Origin: Myxococcota bacterium
GTDB taxonomy: Bacteria > Myxococcota_A > UBA796 > CAJQPC01
Direction: 5' to 3'
DNA: 15,956 bases
Assembly: GCA_036229005.1 (NCBI GenBank)
Contig: JAZAMN010000068.1
Location: 1-15,956, forward strand
Shown piece after piece: positions 1 through 7,614 of this stretch. A program made the position numbers and the translations under genes. Below the pieces are notes generated by a model. That model searched no databases. It had not been told where the DNA came from and saw only the letters and a program-made list of their open reading frames with translations. Numbering within the stretch: position 1 is the stretch's first letter; every line of letters begins with the position of its first letter.

Positions 1-85
1 GCCCGCGCGGGCCCGCCCGGGCCCGCGCGGGCCTCCCCTTGCGGGCCCGGGCGGGGGGGGGGGGGGCCGTCCCCCCACAAAGGAT

Positions 86-110
86 GAGTAGTTTGCGTCG
101 CAAACTACTC
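86..110 (-). terminator. Perfect inverted repeat overlapping the stop codon of 105..1886; possible terminator or REP-like hairpin
   Basis: GAGTAGTTTGCG (86-97) - T - CGCAAACTACTC (99-110) are perfect 12-bp arms. Only a weak U-tract (ATCCTTTGT) follows on the minus strand, so terminator function is uncertain. Confidence 0.4.
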
Positions 111-1886
111 AGGCGCCCCCTCCTCAATCCAAGTCTCGATGGTGGTCTCCTGCGCCGAGGTCAGCGAGGTGCCCTTGGGCATGCTCGCGCCGGAGCCGCC
201 CAGGCTGCTGTGGGTGCCCTCGATCTTGGCCCAGAGGTAGCTGCTGTCGGCGTCGAAGGGGTCCACCAGGTAGTAGCTGCTGGCCTGGGAGCTGGTCGCC
301 TGGACCGTGCTGGACCAGGTCCCGATGCCCGTGAGGCCGCCCGAGGCACTGCTGGTGTGGCAGGTCGCGCACTTGCTCGTGAAGATGCTGCTCACGTCCG
401 CCGAGAAGGTGTAGGTGAAGCCGCAGCTATCGTTGGCGCTGCCGGGGGTGCCGTAGTCGCCCGCGGTCATGCTGCTGCTGGGGTCACACCAGTGGCCGCC
501 GAAGTCGTTGGAGTCGTCGTCGGCGTAGCTGGGGTCCAGGCTCATGGCGTAGCCGGCGTTGTCAGGGAAGTACCCGCCGCCGCCCTGGCCGCCGTTGTCG
601 AACACCACCTCGTCGAACACGGTGGCCTTGGCGCTGGAGTCGGCGATGTAGACCTCGTCCGCGCTGTTGCCCAGCGCGAAGGTGCTGGCGCTGCCCCAGT
701 CGTAGTCGACCGCCGCGCCGCCATTGGTGCTGGTGCTGCTGTCCACACCGAACACGAAGTACTCGCCGTCCTCGACCAGGTAGGTGCCGCTCACAGTGAA
801 CGCGTCGGAGCCGTCGTCGTAGACGTAGAGGCCGTCCAGGTCCACGGTGCCGCCGGAGTTGTTCAGGATCTCGAACCACTCGCCGTTGCTGTCGTTGACC
901 GCGTAGGAGTCTCGCATGACCTCGGTGATCACCAGGTCGCCCGCGCTCAGGTCGGTCACGGAGTAGGGGGCGTCGCTGCCGTCGCAGTCCTCGTCCGAGC
1001 CGTTCTGCGGGGTGTCGGTCGCCCCGGGGTTCACGCCGCTGTCGCTGTCGTCGCAGTCGTCGCCGCTGTAGGCGTCGGAGGTGTAGCCGTCGCCGTCCGC
1101 GTCGTAGTCGTCGCCGCCGTCGCAGTCGCTGTCCACGCCGTCGTACCAGGTCTCGCTGGCGCCGGGGTTGATGGCCGCGTCGGCGTCGTCACAGTCGTCG
1201 GCCGTCTCGCTGGCGGCGCCCTCGCCGTCGTCCGCGCAGTCCATGTCCGCGGAGGCCACGGTCAGGCTGGTGTCCATGTTGCGGTAGCCGTCGGAGTCGC
1301 CGTCCACGTAGCAGACGTCGCCGCCGTCGCAGTCCTGGTCGATGCCGTCGGCGACCAGTTCGGTGGCGGCGGGGTTGATGGCGGCGTTGGTGTCGTCGCA
1401 CTCTTCGCAGGCGGCGTAGCCGTCGCCGTCGGCGTCCGCGTAGCCCACGCTGCCGTCGCAGTTGTAGTCGTTGGGGTCCGCGCAGTCGTCTTCAGTCGCG
1501 GCAGGGTTGTAGGCGGTGTCGCTGTCATCGCAGTCGTCCGCGGTGGCGGCGAAGCCGGCCGCGCTGCAGTCCATGGAGTCGGTGGTGCCGGTGGTCTCGC
1601 CGCCGTAGCCGTCCCCGTCGCCGTCCACGTAGCAGAGCTCGTAGCCGTCACAGTCGGAGTCCACGCCGTCTCCGATGGTCTCCTCGGCGCCCGGGTACAC
1701 GAACGCGTCCAGGTCGTCGCAGTCCTCTTCGCTGTTGAAGCCGTCGTTGTCTGCGTCCGTCACAGTCGGGGTGCTGTCCCCAGTGTCGTCGGTCGTGGGG
1801 TTGGTGTCGGTGGGCGTATCCTTGTCGCAGGCCGTCGCGAGCAGCAGGGCACTGAGTCCAAGGAGGGGGAGGGCGCGAAGCTTCAT
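105..1886 (-). CDS. Lipoprotein (593 aa) with five MopE-type putative metal-binding repeats, a lamin-tail domain and a C-terminal mono-haem cytochrome c domain
   Basis: ATG at 1886 follows AGGAG (1896-1900) and gives the signal peptide MKLRALPLLGLSALLLATA-C (lipobox). There are five (D/E)CDD-x5-P-x9/10-DxxCDG units, the LTD signature GDLVITEVM...GEWFEILN...GTPGSAN, CATCH at 357-371, and a distal SMP with ending TIETWIEEGA. Stop TAG at 105-107. Confidence 0.88.
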   Translation of the reverse strand: MKLRALPLLGLSALLLATACDKDTPTDTNPTTDDTGDSTPTVTDADNDGFNSEEDCDDLDAFVYPGAEETIGDGVDSDCDGYELCYVDGDGDGYGGETTGTTDSMDCSAAGFAATADDCDDSDTAYNPAATEDDCADPNDYNCDGSVGYADADGDGYAACEECDDTNAAINPAATELVADGIDQDCDGGDVCYVDGDSDGYRNMDTSLTVASADMDCADDGEGAASETADDCDDADAAINPGASETWYDGVDSDCDGGDDYDADGDGYTSDAYSGDDCDDSDSGVNPGATDTPQNGSDEDCDGSDAPYSVTDLSAGDLVITEVMRDSYAVNDSNGEWFEILNNSGGTVDLDGLYVYDDGSDAFTVSGTYLVEDGEYFVFGVDSSTSTNGGAAVDYDWGSASTFALGNSADEVYIADSSAKATVFDEVVFDNGGQGGGGYFPDNAGYAMSLDPSYADDDSNDFGGHWCDPSSSMTAGDYGTPGSANDSCGFTYTFSADVSSIFTSKCATCHTSSASGGLTGIGTWSSTVQATSSQASSYYLVDPFDADSSYLWAKIEGTHSSLGGSGASMPKGTSLTSAQETTIETWIEEGAPE

Positions 1887-1997
1887 GGGGATTGACTCCT
1901 GTCTGGTCGCGGCCACCATAGCGGGCTTCACCCGGGCTCAGCCACCGACCACCCCAGCAATAGGCCGCGGACAACCCCCGTCGCCGCTTATTGGGCC

Positions 1998-3071
1998 TTA
2001 AAGCGTCAGCTCCAGCAGATAGATGCGCTTGAAATCACGCACAGAGTCCCCGGTGCGCCCCTGCGCGGCGATCGCGAGCTGCAGAGCGCCAGCCGCTCCC
2101 GGGGCGAGATCCAGATCACCATTTCCGACGGTGCCGGTGGGCAGCGTGCGGGGCTGTCCCCCGGTCGCGGAGACCACCTGCACCGGGTCGAAGCGCGCGT
2201 CGTCGTCCCGGACGAACAGCAGGCTCTGGCCATCGGGCGTCCAGGTCGGACCGTCGTGGTTGAGGACCACCCCCTCGGCCAGCAGCTTGGGCTGCCCGGA
2301 GAGCGCCATCACATAGAGATCAAAGCGCTCGGGGTCCACGTGGTTCGAGTAGAAGGCCACCCGCTCCCCATCCGGCGCGAAGCTGGGCCGGGTCTGCGTC
2401 TGGCCCAGCTTGACGAGCTGCCTTGGGGTCGGCCTCAGCATGTCCTCGACGATGAAGATCGAGTCCCCCTGGGGGGTGTGTCCGACCCAGGCGAGTCTGT
2501 CGGAGTTGGGCCCCCATGCAAGGTACAGCTCGCTGGCCTCCTCGTCCCGGGAGATCCGCTTGGGGGGCTGCTCCAGGTGCTCGACGCTGAGCAGGTAGAC
2601 GTCCCCCTGGCCGCTGCGGGCGGAGGAGAAGGCGATCCACTGGCCGTCGGGGCTCCAGACCGCACCGCCGTCGGCGCCTGGGCTCGCCGCGATGGGGGAG
2701 CCACCCAGGGGGGCCGTCGAGGACAGGTAGAGCTCGTAGTCCCGGTCCGCCCCGCTGGCGGAGTAGACCAGCGAACCCAGGGCGGTGGGGGACCAGCTCA
2801 GCTCGTGCACGACCTCCTGGCGGGTGGCCGTCTCGAAGCCGGCGGTCATGCCGCTGGAGCCCCCGGCGCGGGGTTGGAGCTGGGCGGGCTCGCCGTCGAC
2901 GGGCATCACCCAGGTCTGGATGCGCTTGTCGGCGTGGAAGTTGAGCTCGTAGGCCAGCTTCTTGCCGTCGGGGGAGAAGCTGGGGCGCTGGGCGTTGGCC
3001 TCGACCTTGGGGCTCAGGGGGCGGGCGGTGGGGGCCGCCGCGGAGAGCAGCCAGGTGAGCATCAGCAGCAT
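1998..3071 (-). CDS. TolB-like PD40 beta-propeller protein, exported (357 aa)
   Basis: Repeated PD40 motifs PSFSPDGKKLAY, AVWSPDGQWIAFSSARSGQGDVY, PSFAPDGERVAFYS and PTWTPDGQSLLF, with a short hydrophobic N-terminus. There is no TolB N-terminal domain and no tol-pal context. Confidence 0.85.
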   Translation of the reverse strand: MLLMLTWLLSAAAPTARPLSPKVEANAQRPSFSPDGKKLAYELNFHADKRIQTWVMPVDGEPAQLQPRAGGSSGMTAGFETATRQEVVHELSWSPTALGSLVYSASGADRDYELYLSSTAPLGGSPIAASPGADGGAVWSPDGQWIAFSSARSGQGDVYLLSVEHLEQPPKRISRDEEASELYLAWGPNSDRLAWVGHTPQGDSIFIVEDMLRPTPRQLVKLGQTQTRPSFAPDGERVAFYSNHVDPERFDLYVMALSGQPKLLAEGVVLNHDGPTWTPDGQSLLFVRDDDARFDPVQVVSATGGQPRTLPTGTVGNGDLDLAPGAAGALQLAIAAQGRTGDSVRDFKRIYLLELTL

Positions 3072-3080
3072 CGCGGGTCC

Positions 3081-4283
3081 CTAGAATGCGTGGGAGAAGT
3101 TGGCCATCAAGCGCAGGCTGGTGGCGCCCCAGCGGGTGCCGTCCACGCTGTAGTCTACCGACCCGGGGCTCCCCAGGTACTCGGCCTGTCCCTGCTCGGG
3201 CAGGCTCCCGAAGGCGCGGTCCACGGCGACCCGAACCCCTACGCCGGTCGCGTTGGTCCGTCCGGCGCGTCTCCAGTCGACGTTGATCTCGCCGTAGACA
3301 AAGTGCGCGCGGCCCACCGCATAGATCAGGACCTCCGGGGACTCTGTCTGGGCTGGCGCGGTGCAGACGAGGCCATCCTGACGTGAACAGGCCAGGGGCA
3401 CCCCGGGTAGGTAGCCGTAGCGGTACCCAAGGGCCGGTCGCAGCGCCAAGGGGCCGGCGACCATGAGCTCCCGCCCCACCCGGGCGCCCAGCGCGAGCGC
3501 GTGGGGCTGACGCACGGGGCCGTAGCCGGGGACCTGGTAGGCGCGCAGGCTGTAGTCCAGCACCAGGCCGGCCAGCCAGTCGCCCACGGGCTGGGTCACG
3601 CCCACCTGCAGCTCCCAGGAGGGGCGCAGGGTGTCCACGCGCTGGCTGCCCATCACGCCGACGCCGCTGGAGAGCTCCAGGCGGGTGACCTGGAGGGCCG
3701 CGAAGCCGCTGCGCCCCAGCATGCCCAGAGGCAGCTCCAGCACGGACTCGCTGCCCGGGACCGCGCTGACCGCAGAGCCCTGGATCCGGTAGTCGCCAGC
3801 CGGCAGCATCACGCGGAGGGGGAGCACCTGATCGTGGGTCCACTCCAGGGCCATGCGCTCGACGAAGCGCTTGAGCTCCGGGTCCAGCAGCAGGCCCTGG
3901 CGCTCGAGCTGCAGGCGGCTCTGGACCCCGGCGTGGGGGGCCCGGATCTCGACCACGCCGAAGCTGGCGTCGATCCAGTCGGCGTAGGCGGCGGCCTGGG
4001 CGGCCTGGTCGGGGGAGTCGGCCACGGCGGCGGCGGTGCGGGCGGCGTCGCGGGCGCCCTCGACGGCCAGCAGCTCGTAGCGGACCTGGGCCAGCAGCCA
4101 CCAGGCCTCGGCCATCGTGGCGCCCTCGGGCGTGGCCACGGCCAGCTCCAGCTCCTGGGCGGCGTCGCCGTACCACTGCTTGCGCACAAAGAGCCGGGCC
4201 TGCGCCAGGTGGGTCTCAGCGTCGGCCTGGGCGGCCAGCGCGGGCGCGGCAGCGAGCAGGGTGGGGAGCAGGCTCAGGGACAT
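3081..4283 (-). CDS. Exported TPR protein with a PEGA-like middle region and a putative C-terminal outer-membrane beta-barrel (400 aa)
   Basis: Signal peptide ending ALA-A; TPR-like helices (AETHLAQARLF...AAQELELAV, AEAWWLLAQVRYEL); LPAGDYRI motif; alternating amphipathic strands (WELQVGVTQ, LALGARVGREL, LRPALGYRYG, VGVRVAVDR); terminal Phe (ANFSHAF). The gene is well supported; the domain calls are inference. Confidence 0.7.
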   Translation of the reverse strand: MSLSLLPTLLAAAPALAAQADAETHLAQARLFVRKQWYGDAAQELELAVATPEGATMAEAWWLLAQVRYELLAVEGARDAARTAAAVADSPDQAAQAAAYADWIDASFGVVEIRAPHAGVQSRLQLERQGLLLDPELKRFVERMALEWTHDQVLPLRVMLPAGDYRIQGSAVSAVPGSESVLELPLGMLGRSGFAALQVTRLELSSGVGVMGSQRVDTLRPSWELQVGVTQPVGDWLAGLVLDYSLRAYQVPGYGPVRQPHALALGARVGRELMVAGPLALRPALGYRYGYLPGVPLACSRQDGLVCTAPAQTESPEVLIYAVGRAHFVYGEINVDWRRAGRTNATGVGVRVAVDRAFGSLPEQGQAEYLGSPGSVDYSVDGTRWGATSLRLMANFSHAF

Positions 4284-4292
4284 GGCGGCCCT

Positions 4293-5048
4293 CTATCCCA
4301 GCATGCCGGCGTGGCGCAGGAGCTGGCGGGTGTAGGGGTGCTCCGCCTGGCGCAGGGCGGACGCGGGCAGGCGCTCGACGATGCGGCCCTCCAGCATCAC
4401 GGCCACCCGGTCGCAGGCGTAGGCCACCAGCGGCAGGTCGTGGCTCACCAGCAGGTGGGCGCGCTCGGGGCCGCGCTCGGCCAGGATCAACCCCACCATC
4501 TCGGCGCGGAGGGCGGCGTCCAGTCCGGCGGTGGGCTCGTCGGCGATCAGGACCCGGGGCTCGGCGAGCAGCACCCGGGCGATGCCGGCGCGGCGCTTCT
4601 CGCCCCCGGAGAGCTGGGAGGGCAGGGCGTGCAGGCGCTGCTCCAGGCCCACCTGCCGGAGGATCTTGCCGATCAGGTGCTCGGGGTCGCGCTGGGGCTG
4701 GTGCAGACGGGCGCTCTCCAGCAGGTGCTGGTGCACCGTCAGCCCCGGATTCAGCATGCTGTCGGGGTCCTGGAAGAGCATCTGGGCCTGGGTGCGCAGA
4801 CGCCGCAGCGGGGCGCCTCTCAGGGCGGCCGGATCCTGGCCCAGCAGGGAGACCGACCCTCCGGAGCGGGGTCCCAGCCCCAGAGCGGCGCGCACCAGGG
4901 AGGTCTTGCCCGAGCCGGACTCGCCGATCAGGCCCAGGACCTCGCCAAAGTGGAGCTGCAGGTCGGCGCTGTGCACCGCGGTGACCTCGCTGGTGAGCAG
5001 CCCGCCGAAGCGGACCTGGAGGGCCTTGATGTCCAGAGCGGTGTTCAC
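4293..5048 (-). CDS. Oligopeptide/dipeptide/nickel ABC transporter ATP-binding subunit, OppF/DppF-like (251 aa)
   Basis: Walker A GESGSGKT, Q-loop LFQD, signature LSGGEKRR, Walker B LIADEPT, H-loop VSHD and HPYT motif. The GTG start overlaps the upstream TGA. Confidence 0.93.
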   Translation of the reverse strand: MNTALDIKALQVRFGGLLTSEVTAVHSADLQLHFGEVLGLIGESGSGKTSLVRAALGLGPRSGGSVSLLGQDPAALRGAPLRRLRTQAQMLFQDPDSMLNPGLTVHQHLLESARLHQPQRDPEHLIGKILRQVGLEQRLHALPSQLSGGEKRRAGIARVLLAEPRVLIADEPTAGLDAALRAEMVGLILAERGPERAHLLVSHDLPLVAYACDRVAVMLEGRIVERLPASALRQAEHPYTRQLLRHAGMLG

Positions 5049-5827
5049 CGGGAGCCCCCCTCCACCCGCAGCGTCGCTTCCCAGAGAGCCTGGGCCTGGG
5101 GGGTGCTGAGGCGGGCGGGGTCGGCGGACTCCAGGGTCTCCAGGAGCTGGCCCCGGTGCATCACGAGCAGGCGGTCGGCCAGGCGGGGCACCAGGCGCAG
5201 GTCGTGGGTGATGAAGAGCATGCCGACGCCGGCCTCCTTGGTGGCGAGCAGCTCCTGCAGGATGCCCTCGCGGACGGAGGGATCCAGCCCGGTGGTGGGT
5301 TCATCGACGACAAGGAAGGTGGATCCTCGGGCCAGGGCCATCGCGATCCCCACCCTCTGGGCCATGCCCCCCGAGAGCTCGTGCGGCCACCGCTCCGCCG
5401 TCGAGGACACCAGCCCGACGCGCTCGAGCCAGGCCTGGGGGCGCTGCTCGGAGGCCCCGCTCAGGCGCAGGCAGCCCTGGATCTGCCGGCCCACCCGCTG
5501 CAGGGGATCCAGGCTGGCGCGGGCGTCCTGGGGGAGCCAGCCGAGCACGCCGCCGCGCAGGGGGGCGAAGGCGCGCTGGGGATCCGGGGCGGCGTAGGGG
5601 CGGTGGACCTGGCCGCCGTGGGTGATCTCCAGCTCGCAGCGCACCACGCCGGGCTGGATGTCCTGGACCATGCCCAAGAGGGCCTTGGCGCTCAGGCTCT
5701 TGCCGCTCCCGCTGGCGCCGACGAGCGCGGTGACCTGGCCGGGGCGCAGCTCCAGGGACATGCCGTCCACCAGCGCTCGCTGACCAGCGCGGATCTCCAG
5801 CCCCGTGAGGCGGACGCGGTCGCTCAC
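5045..5827 (-). CDS. Oligopeptide/dipeptide/nickel ABC transporter ATP-binding subunit, OppD/DppD-like (260 aa)
   Basis: Walker A GASGSGKS, WLPQD, signature LSGGMAQRV, Walker B LVVDEPTTGLD and FITHD. Start moved to GTG 5827, which has an AAGGAG upstream and a GTGA overlap with the upstream stop. Confidence 0.92.
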   Translation of the reverse strand: MSDRVRLTGLEIRAGQRALVDGMSLELRPGQVTALVGASGSGKSLSAKALLGMVQDIQPGVVRCELEITHGGQVHRPYAAPDPQRAFAPLRGGVLGWLPQDARASLDPLQRVGRQIQGCLRLSGASEQRPQAWLERVGLVSSTAERWPHELSGGMAQRVGIAMALARGSTFLVVDEPTTGLDPSVREGILQELLATKEAGVGMLFITHDLRLVPRLADRLLVMHRGQLLETLESADPARLSTPQAQALWEATLRVEGGSR

Positions 5828-6660
5828 GCGCGCTCCTTGAGGTCGTCGGAGACCCAGCTCGCGCCCAGGAGCACGGCGAAGGTGGCCAGCGCGGGGGCCA
5901 GGGTGGCCCAGGGGTTGGACTCGGGCTGGCGCCACTCGAAGGCGATCATGTTGCCCCAGGAGGGCTGGGGCTCCGCCACGCCGAAGGAGCCCGCGCCGTC
6001 CAGCCCGCCGATGTAGCTCAGGGTGGTCTCCAGCAGCAGGAAGTAGGCGAACAGCATCAGGGCGTGGCGCAGCAGCAGGCGGCGGCAGTTCACCCAGAGC
6101 AGGTGGTGGAGCAGCACCCGCAGGTGGCTCAGGCCGTGGGCGCGCGCGGCCAGCACGAAGCCGGCGTGTCGGAAGGACTCCAGGCGCGTGTAGAGGGCCT
6201 CGGCCAGGGTGGGGGCGTAGGCGACGCCAGCGGCGATGGCCAGGATGCCGACCTCGCTGCCGAAGGCCGCACAGGCCAGCAGCACGAGCACGAAGCGGGG
6301 GAGGGCGGCGGCGGAGGCGAAGGCCAGGCGGATCGCGGAGGCCACGGGGCCGCCCAGGTAGCCGGAGATGGCGCCGCCGGGGAGCCCCAGGAGCAGGGCC
6401 ACCGCGCAGGCCAGCAGGCCGGGGCCGACGAAGGACTCGGAGGCGGTCACCCAGCGCCAGAACACGTCCCGGCCCAGGTGGTCGGTCCCCATGATGTGCC
6501 CGCTCTGGGGGCGCAGCGAGGCCAGGGCGGGGTGGACGTCGGTCACCACCTCGTAGCCGGCGCCCAGGGACAGGGCCCAGAGCAGCAGCGGAAGGAGCAC
6601 CAGGGCCAGGCCCACGCGCTGGCGGAGGCGGCTCACCGCGCCGGGCACGCTTGGGCTCAC
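5824..6660 (-). CDS. Peptide ABC transporter permease, OppC/DppC-like (about 278 aa)
   Basis: HIMGTDHLGRDVF, EAA loop FVLAARAHGLS, ETTLSYIG and PQPSWGNMI motifs, with several TM segments. Start placed at GTG 6660 (GTGA overlap); GTG 6636 is an alternative. Confidence 0.9.
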   Translation of the reverse strand: MSPSVPGAVSRLRQRVGLALVLLPLLLWALSLGAGYEVVTDVHPALASLRPQSGHIMGTDHLGRDVFWRWVTASESFVGPGLLACAVALLLGLPGGAISGYLGGPVASAIRLAFASAAALPRFVLVLLACAAFGSEVGILAIAAGVAYAPTLAEALYTRLESFRHAGFVLAARAHGLSHLRVLLHHLLWVNCRRLLLRHALMLFAYFLLLETTLSYIGGLDGAGSFGVAEPQPSWGNMIAFEWRQPESNPWATLAPALATFAVLLGASWVSDDLKERA

Positions 6661-7607
6661 TGGGCGGCCCGCAGGCGGGGGTCCAGAGCCAGGCGGAAGA
6701 GGTCGGCGGCCAGGCGGGTGCCCGCGACGACCACGGCCGCGACCAGGGAGAGCCCCACGACCAGCGGCCAGTCCCGCTGCCTGCAGGCCTGCCAGAGCAG
6801 CGCGCCGGCGCCCTGGATCTGCAGCACCTTCTCGATGACCACCAGCCCGCCCACGAAGAAGGCCGCGCGGCGGGCGACCAGTCCGGAGAGCGGCAGGGCC
6901 AGGTTGCGCAGCAGGATGGGGGTCAGCGAGGCGCCCCGGGCGCGCGCGGCCAGCACGAAGGGGGCCCGGCGGAGGCGCTCCAGGGCCTCGACGCTCTCCT
7001 GGTGCATCTCCGAGAAGGCCGAGGAGCCCAGCCCCAGGCAGAGCACGGCGAGGGCGGTGCGCAGGGGGTGATCCACGACGGGCAGGGCGAACCACGCGGG
7101 GGCCGACCAGCGCCCGGCCTGGATCCCGGCAAAGGTGACCTCGTTTGCGCCGACGATGGCGGCCGCAGCCAGGAGGAAGACCGGCAGGACGGAGGTGAGG
7201 GACAGGCCCCGGGACACCAGGGTCCACCTCTTCCAAGACAGGAGCACAGACAAGCTCAAGGAGAGCATCAGGCTGCCAGCGAGGACAGGCGCGCTGCAGG
7301 CGCTGCTGCGGGCGACCAGCTCGGCGACGGGGGTGCCGGGGCGGGTGGTCAGGGACATGCCCCAGTCGCCCCCCAGCATGGCGCTCAGCCAGGTGAGGGT
7401 GCGGGACCACACGGGGCGGTCGAGGCCCCAGCTCTGCACGAGCGCGGCGCGCAGATCGGGGTCACCGGCCACCAGGTCGGCGGCGTCGCCGGGGGCCAGG
7501 GAGAGCAGGAGCTGGAGCAGCAGAGCGGCCCCCAGGATGGCCAGGACGAAGCCACCCAGGTGGGTCGCCAGCGCGCGCCCCAGCCCAGCCAGGGAGCGCG
7601 GGCTCAC
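6657..7607 (-). CDS. Peptide ABC transporter permease, OppB/DppB-like (316 aa)
   Basis: LAPGDAA, GDWGMSL...PVAELV, EAA loop FVLAARARGAS and GGLVVIEKVL..QGAGALLWQA..RDWPLVVG motifs, with several TM segments. Confidence 0.92.
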   Translation of the reverse strand: MSPRSLAGLGRALATHLGGFVLAILGAALLLQLLLSLAPGDAADLVAGDPDLRAALVQSWGLDRPVWSRTLTWLSAMLGGDWGMSLTTRPGTPVAELVARSSACSAPVLAGSLMLSLSLSVLLSWKRWTLVSRGLSLTSVLPVFLLAAAAIVGANEVTFAGIQAGRWSAPAWFALPVVDHPLRTALAVLCLGLGSSAFSEMHQESVEALERLRRAPFVLAARARGASLTPILLRNLALPLSGLVARRAAFFVGGLVVIEKVLQIQGAGALLWQACRQRDWPLVVGLSLVAAVVVAGTRLAADLFRLALDPRLRAAQ

Positions 7608-7614
7608 CGATCCG

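Noticed and set aside
1..66. GCCCGCGCGG-type short repeats and a 14-nt G run as a phase-variation tract or G-quadruplex
   Set aside because: Low-complexity sequence at the window edge, downstream of a gene rather than in a promoter or CDS; it may be a sequencing artefact.
1958..1993. Imperfect inverted repeat CAATAGGC...GCTTATTG after the operon
   Set aside because: Only a 7/8 match across a 20-nt gap with no U-tract; too weak to call a terminator or operator.
1998..3071. Assigning the symbols tolB or oppA-F/dppA-F
   Set aside because: Family membership is clear, but orthology and substrate cannot be determined from the sequence alone.
2320..4176. 618-aa Arg/Gly/Pro-rich minus-strand ORF and similar alternative-frame ORFs
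   Set aside because: Out-of-frame overlap with well-supported genes, with composition typical of GC-rich off-frames.
6661..7410. 250-aa N-terminal extension of permease ORF 5824..7410, and the extension of 5045..5935
   Set aside because: These overlap the upstream permeases in another frame. GTGA-coupled starts at 6660 and 5827 give normal-length proteins, so no frameshift or fusion is needed.
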